This document shows positions 1 to 11,600 of a DNA stretch of 64,000 nt, one piece after another. This DNA comes from an uncultured Spirochaetota bacterium. Lineage in GTDB: Bacteria > Spirochaetota > Spirochaetia > SZUA-6 > Fen-1364. The stretch covers positions 480,001 through 544,000 of the forward strand of contig CAWGAA010000001.1 of the NCBI GenBank assembly GCA_963820525.1, written 5' to 3'. The first letter of the stretch is position 1; each line of letters begins with the position of its first letter. The position numbers and the translations under genes are program-made. Below the pieces are notes generated by a model. That model searched no databases. It worked only from the letters and a program-made list of their open reading frames with translations, and was not told the origin of the DNA.

Positions 1-281
1 CGGCCGGCGCCCGCGCATGAAGGGCGCCCCAGCCTCACCACGAGGTTTTTCGCCTCCGGATGGGGATTCGACTCGATCTACGATGTGCTGTTGGTGCGCC
101 CCTTCACCTGGATCGCCGGAATCAATCGGGCGGATGTGATCAACGGGCTCTCTGAGGGGGTGGGGGCCGTCAGCATGTTCTTCTCGCGCCTGTTCCGCGT
201 TTCACAGACCGGCAGGGTACGCTGGTACGCCGTGGGGCTTGCGGCCGGCGGCCTGCTCATCGTTGCTGCGGTGGTGATGCT

Positions 282-285
<4 letters not shown>
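1..285 (+). CDS. nuoL: NADH-quinone oxidoreductase subunit L, C-terminal part (5' end outside window)
   Basis: Frame open from base 1; GWGFDSIYDVLLVRPF...SQTGRVRWYA matches the NuoL C-terminus; stop overlaps nuoM start. Confidence 0.85.
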
Positions 286-1768
<1,483 letters not shown>

Positions 1769-1772
<4 letters not shown>

Positions 1773-3274
1773 GCCCTCAGGATTACCTCATTCTGCTGCC
1801 GCTCATGATCCTCGGCCTGACCTCGGTCCTCTCCTTGATGGTTTCCGCCTTCATCCGCAGGGCTGGCGCGGCGTTCGCAGTGGCAATAATCGGGATGGCG
1901 CTGTCTCTTGCTTCCCTGGCGTACGTCTGGCCGCTTGCCCCGCGAACAGTAAGCGGATTTCTCACCCTCGACAGGTTCTCGCTGTTCACCGTCGGGCTGA
2001 TCGTGGCCGCCTCGCTCGTCTCTGCCATCTCTGCGGTAGGAACGCTCGCCGGGCGCGAGGACGAGCGCGGAGAGTTCTTCTTCTTTCTGGTCCTGAGCGC
2101 CCTTGGCGGGGCCGTACTCGCTGCAAGCTCCAACTTCGCCGCGTTCTTTCTCGGCCTCGAGCTGTTGAGCGTCCCGCTCTTCACCCTTATTGCCTACCGG
2201 CGCGAGCATACCCCGGGAGCTGAAGCGGGCATCAAATACCTGATCCTTGCGGGAGTCTCCAGCGCGTTCCTCCTTTTCGGCATGGCGCTTTCCTATTCTG
2301 CGCTGGGCACCATGGATCTCTCCCAGGTGGCGCAGGGAGCCGCTTCCGGCTCCGGAGGTCTTCTCCTGCCGGCGGGCCTGGGTTTCATAGCCGTGGGCAT
2401 CGGGTTCAAGCTCGCCGTCGTTCCCTTCCACTTCTGGACTCCCGACGTCTATGACGGCGCTTCCTCACCCGTGGCGGGCTACATCGCGACCGCCTCCAAG
2501 GGAGCGATGGCAGTGCTGCTTGTGAGGCTCTTCGCTCCAACGGGAATAGTGGCTCTTGGAACATTCGGCTGGGTCTTTGCCGTGATCTCCGCAATCACGA
2601 TGTTTACCGGCAACTTCCTCGCCCTCAGGGAAGACAACGTGAAGCGAATCCTCGCCTATTCCTCCATCGCCCATCTCGGCTACCTTCTCATAGCGTTCGT
2701 GGCAAGCGGCTCGCGGGCCATTACTGCCACCGCCTTTTTCCTTGCAGCGTACTTCGCCTCCACCCTTGGAGCGTTCTCTTCCATCTCCGCCATCTCTTCC
2801 CGCCAGAGGGAAGCAGACCGCATCCAGGACTACAGGGGGCTGGCTTCCCGACGGCCGTGGCTTGCAGGATGCTTTACTGCCTCTCTTCTCTCCCTCGCGG
2901 GCCTTCCGCTCACGGCGGGTTTCATGGGCAAGTTCATCCTCTTTTCGGCCGGCGAGGCCTCCTACCTGTGGATCCTCGTAGTTCTCCTCGCCGTGAACAG
3001 CACGATTTCACTTTTTTACTACCTCAGGGTCGTTTCCATGATGTATCGCACAGCCGAGGAGCCCGAGGAGGCGCATGCGGAAGGCGCTCCGGCGGGAAGG
3101 GGGGTGGCGGGCCCCGGCGGGGCGGTCGTCGCTGCCGTGGGTTCGCGCGGCGGTGCTCTTTCCGTGCCGTTTTTTACGGGCCTTGCCCTGGCTCTCATGA
3201 CCCTGGCGATCGTTGTCCTGGGTGTCTACCCGACCCCGCTCCTTCAGCTCATCGAGCTTCTGACATCGGGCTGA
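1769..3274 (+). CDS. nuoN: NADH-quinone oxidoreductase subunit N
   Basis: ATG at 1769 overlaps nuoM stop (ATGA); EAGIKYLILAG, GFKLAVVPFHFWTPDVYDGA, KRILAYSSIAHLGY. Confidence 0.95.
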
Positions 3275-3279
3275 AGCGG

Positions 3280-5043
3280 CTACAGCGGCCGATCCACGAG
3301 CCTGTAGAGCTCATCCCGCGATACCACGTGCCAGATCGGCCTTCCGTGAGGGCAGCGGGGAACTTCAAGCTCAAGGGCCACGCGCAGAAGCTCGGCGGCC
3401 GCAAGCGGGTCCACCGGGTCTCCCTCTTTCACTGCAAGCCTGCACGCCGCGCGCGCAACAAGATCCCGCCTCCACTCTTCACCGGACGCGATGGAGCCCT
3501 TCACAATCTCGATGAGGCCCGCTTCGGGCAGCGTGGCGAAGTCTGCGCTGAGCGCATCGATCTGGTATGAGCGGATTCCGCTGCGGCGGAGAACCATGCC
3601 CAGGGCGCGAAGATCGTCGAGCCTTTTTGAAAGCTCTGCATCCTCGTCCGCGGATACGTCGAAGCACAACGGAATAAGAAGCTCCTGGATCTTCGCAGTC
3701 GCTGCGTTCAACCGTTGGAAAATGATCTTCTCATGAGCGGCATGCTGATCGAGGAGGATGAGCTTCTCTTCCACCTCGAAAGCCAAAAACACTCCGAACA
3801 CCTGACCGAGAAACCGAGCAGGCACGCCGGCGGGCCTCTCAGCCGCTCCCGCTTGCGGAGGAGAATCAGGGAGGAACCCATCGGGCAGCGCGCGGGAGCC
3901 CGGCCGCAGTGGAAGGTCGAGCGGCCTCTCGCCCCGGTAAATAGGCGCGGCGCCTGAAGCCGGCCGAGAAGGCGCCTGCCCGCCCCCGACTGCGCGCGAT
4001 CTGGTTCCCAGGAACTCGCGGGTGGCGCTTACCACCGCCGCGTGCACGTCAGGGAGATTCCTGAACCGCGCCTCCTTCTTTGCCGGATGAATGTTGAAAT
4101 CGACAAGCGAGGGATCGATCACGATGAAGACAAAGGCCATGGGGTGCCACCCTCCGGGAATAAAGCCGGCAAACCCATACTCCGCCGCCTGCATGAGCGA
4201 GTACTCCGGAATCCGACGGCGATTGACGAATACTTGAAGAAGCTTCCTGTCGCGCTTTCGAAGCGACGGGTCGGCAGCCACGACCTGAACGGAGAACCCA
4301 GTTCCTCTGGACTGCCCAATGCCCAGGAGCCTCTCATCGATCGATTCTCCGTACGCCGAGGATATCCTCTTGGGCGCCGGTGTGGCAGGAAGAAAAAGCT
4401 TCAAAGCGCCGTCCGTGAAAAGGCGAAAAGCGACTCCGGGATGGGCAATGGCCCTATCCACGAAGATGGATCTGCAGAGGCTCGACTCCGCCGAAGGGCT
4501 CTTGAGGAATTTCTTGCGCGCCGGAAAATCGAAAAAAAGCTCCGATACCTCGGCCGCGGTCCCCTCCCTCCCCTGGCAGCTCTCTATGCCCAGGAGCTTT
4601 CCTCCCCGGACCACCAGGCGATTCGCTGGGGACAGCCTTTCCGCGCCGGCACCAGAGGCGGGTTTTGCGTTCAAGCGCGCGGCGCTCACGATCTCCAGGC
4701 GACCGGCCACAGCCATGCTGGAGAGGGCTTCACCTCGGAATCCCAGGCTGGTCACGGTGAGAAGATCGTTTTCCGTCTCGATCTTGGAGGTGGCGTGTGG
4801 CTGCCAGCACAGCTCCAGATCTTCGCGGTCCATGCCGGCCCCATCGTCCACCACGCGAACCCGTGAGACGCCTCCCGCCTCGATGTACACATCTATGGAG
4901 GAAGCGCCCGCGTCGATGCTGTTGTCGAGCAGCTCACGCACAATGGAAAAGGGCCGATCGATCACCTCGCCGGCCGCGATCTTTCGGGAAACCTCGTCCC
5001 GGAGGATTGCGATCCTCCGGGACCGGGAAGCGTCGTCGGGCAT
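3280..5043 (-). CDS. mutL: DNA mismatch repair endonuclease MutL
   Basis: KIAAGEVIDRP, ELLDNSIDAG, LGFRGEALSS, DQHAAHEK, CPHGRP. Confidence 0.97.
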   Translation of the reverse strand: MPDDASRSRRIAILRDEVSRKIAAGEVIDRPFSIVRELLDNSIDAGASSIDVYIEAGGVSRVRVVDDGAGMDREDLELCWQPHATSKIETENDLLTVTSLGFRGEALSSMAVAGRLEIVSAARLNAKPASGAGAERLSPANRLVVRGGKLLGIESCQGREGTAAEVSELFFDFPARKKFLKSPSAESSLCRSIFVDRAIAHPGVAFRLFTDGALKLFLPATPAPKRISSAYGESIDERLLGIGQSRGTGFSVQVVAADPSLRKRDRKLLQVFVNRRRIPEYSLMQAAEYGFAGFIPGGWHPMAFVFIVIDPSLVDFNIHPAKKEARFRNLPDVHAAVVSATREFLGTRSRAVGGGQAPSRPASGAAPIYRGERPLDLPLRPGSRALPDGFLPDSPPQAGAAERPAGVPARFLGQVFGVFLAFEVEEKLILLDQHAAHEKIIFQRLNAATAKIQELLIPLCFDVSADEDAELSKRLDDLRALGMVLRRSGIRSYQIDALSADFATLPEAGLIEIVKGSIASGEEWRRDLVARAACRLAVKEGDPVDPLAAAELLRVALELEVPRCPHGRPIWHVVSRDELYRLVDRPL

Positions 5044-5054
5044 CTCGGCTCGAC

Positions 5055-7202
5055 CTAGAAGTGGATGCTCGTCTGGATAGCCAGGGACGTGTCCATCTCG
5101 GGCAGTATCGTTTTCGAACCCTCGTTATAGACGATATTTCCGTTTGCATCCCTATGCGCCGTTGCGGAGTAGAGAAGGATAATGTCGAGATTCGGCGTGG
5201 CCGAATAGGCGATCTGCGCGCTCACAACGGTGTTTGCATCGAAGAGGGAAAGCCCTTCGGCACCCTGGCTCTGAAGGATCGTGGAGACGAACCTGTTCCT
5301 TTCATAAGACACGGAGCCCGAGAGGTTGACGACGGGGATTACGCCCTTTTCCAGCGTGAACGTGGCTATGAGGTGGTCGTTTGGATCCGCCACGATCGCC
5401 CCCGTCGAGTCGTACGCCCACGGCCAGTAATAGCCGATCTTGAGCCTCAAGATCTTCTCCAGGGTGAATCCGCCTTCCCCGTAGATGCCCATCTCGACCC
5501 TGTCGAACGCGGGGTCTGAAGGGTTCTGGAGATAACTCATGACCTCTGCGGTGTACAAGAGGCGGTTGGTTCGCGTGTAGACGGTGTCGTAATAAGCAGG
5601 ATGGGAGATTCCCGTGAAATATCGGTATTCCAATCGATAGTCAACCATTACGATGTTGCCCAGGACTCCCGCCGCGACGCCGTAGTTCTTCAGCCCTGAA
5701 TCCCAAAGGGTGTTCCACTGATAGCCGGTCTGGATCGTCGAAAACCAAGGCGGCGCCTGAACAAACGGTACCATACCCGTCATGTCGGCGAAGGCAATGA
5801 GCGAGAGGGCGTCGGACTCGATGAACGGCACGTCGATGTCCAATCCCGGGTTGAAGATCATCATCTTTCCCATCACGTACTCGGCAGGCACGGGGAAACC
5901 CATGATGGGGAGGGTACTGTCCCCCGCGGGATTGAGGTCCGCGAGCAGGGACACGCCCAGCGCGGCGCGGAAGCCGGGGATGGGCCGCGCAAAGAGCCTT
6001 CCGCCGACGATCTGCGGTAGCGCGGCGTCGTCCATCATGGCCTCCATGCCGAAGCCGCCGAGGTCCAGGCCGAGATTGAGTCCGACGCGCCTGACGGCGG
6101 GGAAGTCGGCGTCATTTGCGTAGTCCCTCATGATCACGCCATGGCCGATTGTGATGTCATCAAGGTTGCCCGCTTTGAAGTAGAAGGGGTCCCTCTGCTT
6201 GCCGTATTCGATGTACTTGATCTTGAGAACGAGGTCGTTGAAGGCGTCCAGGGGATCCCAGGCGGAGGCGGAAACGCCGAAGTTCCACTCATCGTTGCCC
6301 GCCGGCCTGTAGTAGTCTCCGGGATCGAACATGTTGTCGGTGTAGATGATGGGGAGGTAGAGACCGAGCTTCAGGTCTCCGATGGAGAATTGCGGGGAAA
6401 TCACGACCTTTGCGTAGGTGTTGCCGCTGATCGTGATCGAACCGATCTCCATGCCGAGGATGTTGCGAAGCCATCCCATGACGCCGTCAAGCGGTCCTCC
6501 TTGGCCCGGTCCGGCCGCCTGCGAGCCGGGGCCGTGTCCCGGAACATCCTGGGGGCTCAGCTTCTCGAAATCCAGGTCCTTGTGGATCTCCTGAAGGAAA
6601 TCAGCAGGGATCTGGACGGGCTTGAACTCCGGAGCCATCGCATCCGCCATCATACCCTTGGAGATTTCCACGGTCTCTCCCGTGGCCGTCTTGGTGAATT
6701 CGATTTCACCATCAAGGACGAAGGCGGTCTCTTTGTCGGTTTCCACGTCGAAGCCGAAGTCAGTGCCGCGAACGCCGCACACGGCCGAGGGCCCCTGCAC
6801 ATTGTACTTTTCCTGGCCCGTGGCCTTTCCGGCAACGGCCCTGATCTTGCCTATGGCGACGGAGAACGTGTTTATTTCGCCCGCGGCGCTCTGGAGGCTG
6901 TCCACCTTGAAGTTCGTCACCTGGGAGACCTTGATGATGGTGCCGTTGGGGTCCAGCTTCAGCTCGACCACGTCGCCCTTGTCCGTGACAACGGTCCAGC
7001 CCGGAAGGAGGCGGGTGCCAATGTCGAACTGCACGGCGTTCTTTCCCTGGTCATAGATGGCGAGATTGCCGCTGGCATTATCGATGTATTCGATGACAAC
7101 GGAAGGAGCCGAACCCTGGGGCTTCTGGGCTTGCGCAAATGCCGCGCACGATATCAGGAGGAGAACCCCTGCTATGACGATGCCTGGTTTTCTCGTATTC
7201 AT
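5055..7202 (-). CDS. Secreted protein with N-terminal FecR-like domain and predicted C-terminal outer-membrane beta-barrel
   Basis: Signal peptide (AFA-Q); FecR-type SAVCGVRGTDF; alternating-pattern beta strands; C-terminal Phe (QTSIHF). Confidence 0.65.
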   Translation of the reverse strand: MNTRKPGIVIAGVLLLISCAAFAQAQKPQGSAPSVVIEYIDNASGNLAIYDQGKNAVQFDIGTRLLPGWTVVTDKGDVVELKLDPNGTIIKVSQVTNFKVDSLQSAAGEINTFSVAIGKIRAVAGKATGQEKYNVQGPSAVCGVRGTDFGFDVETDKETAFVLDGEIEFTKTATGETVEISKGMMADAMAPEFKPVQIPADFLQEIHKDLDFEKLSPQDVPGHGPGSQAAGPGQGGPLDGVMGWLRNILGMEIGSITISGNTYAKVVISPQFSIGDLKLGLYLPIIYTDNMFDPGDYYRPAGNDEWNFGVSASAWDPLDAFNDLVLKIKYIEYGKQRDPFYFKAGNLDDITIGHGVIMRDYANDADFPAVRRVGLNLGLDLGGFGMEAMMDDAALPQIVGGRLFARPIPGFRAALGVSLLADLNPAGDSTLPIMGFPVPAEYVMGKMMIFNPGLDIDVPFIESDALSLIAFADMTGMVPFVQAPPWFSTIQTGYQWNTLWDSGLKNYGVAAGVLGNIVMVDYRLEYRYFTGISHPAYYDTVYTRTNRLLYTAEVMSYLQNPSDPAFDRVEMGIYGEGGFTLEKILRLKIGYYWPWAYDSTGAIVADPNDHLIATFTLEKGVIPVVNLSGSVSYERNRFVSTILQSQGAEGLSLFDANTVVSAQIAYSATPNLDIILLYSATAHRDANGNIVYNEGSKTILPEMDTSLAIQTSIHF

Positions 7203-7220
7203 GTGCGCACCTCCCCTGGG

Positions 7221-8571
7221 CTAAAACAGCTTGATGGAGCTCTGGAGGCCGGAGGTTACTATCCAGTCCGGCGACTGCCCCGGAGCATAACGAATCATGT
7301 AGATGAACGATATGACGGCAGGCCCTGTCATGTAGTTGAGCTTGGCCTGGATGGAAGCATTCAGGGGGCTGATAAGCTCGGCCCAGCTCGTTATGCCCTC
7401 CTTGTCATAGCTGCAATCCACCGAGATGCCGGGGATGACGCCCTCCGCAACCGTGAGGATGCCGCGCAGGTGCGGGTAGTTCAGGACGTACTGGGGATCT
7501 CCAGGAGAGGCATCGGGATACGGCACCCCGAAGGGACCATCGAGGACTACGGTGAAGAGGAACTTGTCCTGCAGGAAGGAGGTGCCAAGGCTTGCCAGCC
7601 ATCCGTAGGAGACCGCGGTGGCGAGCCCGGCCTGCACGGTGTCGAAGCGGCTGGACCGGAAAAGGTCATAGGTCGCATCGAAGTAGGAAGGGATGAAGTT
7701 CGGGCCGAGGATCCTGAATTGAGCGCCGTAGGAGAGAAAGCCGATCAGCCGTCCGCCGAGCCCGATGGCACCGCCCATGCTCTTCCCCTGGATGGAAGCC
7801 AGATCCGCGAAGGTGGCGAGCGAGAACACGGGCATGGAGACGATTGGCAGGCGGAGGTCGCCGCCGAAGACCATGATGGGGGCGGCGGCATACGCCGTCG
7901 GGTTGTACAGGTCGGGCAGTGTATCGGCGACAATGGTCCCGCCGAACTCGAGGTCCTTGATGACGGGCGCATCCAATGCCGCCAGGGGCCTCACGTACAA
8001 CCTGCCGCCCACAACGTCGAAGAACGCGAGGTTTCCCACCACGGTCTCGATCCCCACGAAGGGAAAATCGAACAGGGCCCCGTCGAGGTCGAATGAAAGC
8101 CCGAATATCCTCTTGCCCGGCATGAAGAGGGTATTGTCGTAATCCGCCATGATGAAGCCATTGCCCAGGGTGCCGTCCCTGAGTGAGCCCGCCTTTATGA
8201 ATAGCGGATCACCCTTCAAGCCCCAGCGGATGTATGCGATCTTGGAGAGATAGATCGAAAGAAAGTCGCTGAAATCTGCGGGAATCCAGTCGTCTTGCCG
8301 AACGACGATCTGGCTTCCCGAGGTGAAGCGGTAGTTCAGCGTGATATCGAGCCCTATCCCGAATTGCCCGATGCCAATGTCCGGGAAAAGCGTCAGGGAC
8401 TGGTAGGTGACGGGCATCTCCCGGGTCATTGAAGGTGTTCACTCCGATGCCAAGCGCCAGGCCGAAAGCGAGGGGATTGCCCGCCTCCCCCTGTTCCTGC
8501 GAGAAGACCAGCGCCGCCGAGAGACCTGCCAGGAGAAGGATGAGGAAGAGTCGCCGCAGAACAGCCGCCAT
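7221..8571 (-). CDS. Predicted outer-membrane beta-barrel protein, paralog of the barrel in 5055..7202; apparent one-base insertion near 8420
   Basis: GGAGG plus ATG at 8571 gives a signal peptide (MAAVLRRLFLILLLAGLSAALVFS); removing one base near 8420-8425 joins it to ORF 7221..8429; ends SSIKLF. Confidence 0.7.
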
Positions 8572-8633
8572 TGCCGCCTCCTTGCAACCTCTTTGAATTA
8601 TAAACCCCATGAAGTGATAAAACAATTACGGGG

Positions 8634-11600
8634 TCAGAACTTCAGTTTTGCCGTCAACGAAAGTTCAAATGCAATCCGATATGCCGAAAGTCCCGCTGAA
8701 AGGACACTCCTGATCAAATCCGATTCCCGCTTTTCCATCGATAGACCCGTTTTTTGGGAAAACGAGGGAGGTGGTGTGCTCGAGGAGCACGGTGAAGGGA
8801 TGGAATGCCTCGGGGCTCGCGTATCGAAACGTGAGCTCGGCAGATTCCTTGTGGGAGAGAAAGCCCGAATGCCCGATATCAGGGGGGATCAAGGGGATGG
8901 CAAGCCCTCCGGCCGGATGCATGCTCCACTGAAACGCGAGCTCGGTTGCGTCGGTCAGGCTCACGGAGCCGGCGAGGATATCCAGCACTTCCCATTTGAA
9001 GGAATGGGTGAGCGTGAACTCCTCTTCAGCGAAACCCTCGATGCTGGCGTAGAGGTCCGCGGTCGTTTCTGTCCACCGGAAGGCCTGGCCCGGCATGGCG
9101 GTAAGTGAAGCCCCGAATGAGAGGCCGTACTCGTCCGTTCTCGCGAAAGGCATCAGGGGATTGGACCCGAGCTGGCCGAAAAGGTTGAGGGCGCGTGAGG
9201 AGATTTTCGGGAGGATGAAGATCTGGGTGGAAGAAAGCACCCCATCCTTCTTGAGGTCCTGGCCAAGGGTGAGGTCGACCGACGAGGGCAAAAGCAGGTC
9301 ATAGAGATGAGAGCCGAAGCTGCGCTGCACGCTGAAGGTGGCCCGCGGGCTGTAGGTTGCCAGCGACGCTTCCGCCCACAGGGGGAGGATGGCCGAGGAA
9401 TTGTCCTGAAACAGCTCCGCGAAAGGCACCGCGCCCAGCAGATAGCTTTGAAGCCCGATAAGGCTCCCGTAGGTTTGGGCTTCGGAGATGAACCTCTCCC
9501 CCGCCTCGGGGCTGGTGAGCAGGGTGACGAGCCTCTGGTAGCCGAGGCTGATGCTGAGGTCATTGGAAGGTGAGCTTCCGAAGTGAAGCAGGAGTGCAAG
9601 GGAGAGATCGAGGTCGTTTTCCTGGTTCCGAGCCGATGCGGTGAAATCCGCGCTTTTCACGAGCGCTTGCGTGGAGGCATGGATCCCGATGGGGCTAGGC
9701 TGGATGTCGAAGGAGATATCGAGCTTCTCCCGCCTGGCCACATCCTGGCCGCCGGTCCACGGAAGGACCAGCCCCATCTCCCTGACCCACCTCTGGCCAT
9801 ACCAGAGGGAAGGAAGCGGATACCCGGAGACGGCCTGAAATACCTCGATCTCGGAAGCCAGAGCGACGTTTGGGATGGGGGCGAGGGTGAGCTTGCCGTC
9901 CCACCGCTGGCTCAGGAGGCTCTCTGTCCCATCGGATTCGGTGTCGAGCAGAAGGCCCACGCCTCCCAGGGGCTTGATCTCCAGCAGGTTCTCCCTGGTA
10001 AACTCCCCCAGCCATGTGAGTGAGAAAGCGTCCGTGAGGGCGACGGGGAAGCTCACCGAAGGGACAGTGACCCGATGCCCGCCGGAAGCCGTGAAGGTGC
10101 CTGCGAACTCGCGCAGAAGCAGATCCACCGTGATGCTCGAGAACAGGGCGTCCACCCCGAGCTCGGTCTTCGAATAGATGTCTTCGTTCTGGGAGGGAAT
10201 CCCATACAGCGTGGAAAAGCCGGGCGAGATGAGGGAGAGCTTCTGATGCACGGCGAAGTTTCCCAGAAGGGGGACGCCGCCCGCCTGGATGATGACATCG
10301 GGATGCTTGTACGAGACCTCGGCGTCCAGGGCGGCCCCCACGGAGCCTTCCGGGTCCTGGCATTGGACCTCATCGATGTAGATGGCGCCGCTGGCGGTAC
10401 CCGAAACCGTCACTTGGAGCTGCGCGATGCTGCCATACCCGGCGTCGAACCGGGGAGGCGATGCGCCCGTGTCGTTGCCGTCAATTCGCACTTTCCCATC
10501 GCGCTTGGACGCTTTCATCTCGTGCCAGGGCCCGACGGAGATGGCGGAGGAATCCACGTCCCAGGAGATCCCGCGCCCGCTCGTATCTTTCAGGGAGAAG
10601 CTTATTGTGGGGGATCCGGCAAGAGCGGCAGGGATTCGAATGTACAGGGCAATGGTATCGTACTGGATTCCTCCCGTGCCCTGGGTCGCGCTCGCATAAG
10701 CCGTGATAACAAGGGGATTGGTAAGGGGAGTGTAAGACCCCCCCAGGACTGACCCCCACAGAGCTTCCAACACTTCCTGCGGTTCTCCGTTGGGGTGGAA
10801 CATTGTTTTCACTGTCGGGAAGACGTCCGCAAGCCTCTGGCCGGAACCGGGATCGTAAGCAGCCAGGGGCTCGGCGATCTCCTTCACGGAGACGCTTCCT
10901 GGCACAGTGCCAGGCGGGGTCTCCGCCCCATGCTCGGCCGCGCCTTCGAAGGAGATATTATCGATCAGGACCTGCCCCGTCACGCCGGTGGCGCCCGTCG
11001 CCACAATGAGCAGCCGCAGCTGCCGCGTATTGGTGAGCTTCGCTCGCATTGTCCCATCCAGGGGAATCGTCACCTTCTGCCATCCGGAATCGGCTCCCGA
11101 GGAAAAGCCGAGACTCGAGTTTGTGATGGTAAGCACGCGGGAGGCATCCTCCGAGTCGAGGATTCCATTGCCGTCGCGGTCTTCAGAATCGAGCCTGCCG
11201 TTGCCCTGGCCCTTGGGCCCGCCGCCCACCTTGAGGGTCACCCCATGGGCCTGGTCGTAGAAGGGGAAACCGGGGTCCGTGGGCGACGATTCGGCCTGGA
11301 GGATTCCATCGCCGTCGATGTCCTCGGTGATATTCCCCGCCTGCAGATACACCTGGAAATTGCCGCTGACGTCGAGCGTCCGGAGCTCGATTGTGATTGC
11401 CTGCGCCGTGGACAGATCGGCGCCGGTTCCCGCGGCCGGCAGGAGCTGGGCCCCGACCCAGCCGCCGCTGGGCACGTCGAAATCGAACACAAGGCTCGCC
11501 CCGGAGTTGGAGTCAGCCGCACTGCCCAGCACGTTGTAGGGCCCCATCCTGCCGCCGTCCGCATAGGGAACCGATATGGCGCTCGGCCACGTTATGGTAT

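Noticed and set aside
6141..8096. 651 aa plus-strand ORF
   Set aside because: Antisense shadow of the barrel genes; no motifs; expected in GC-rich DNA
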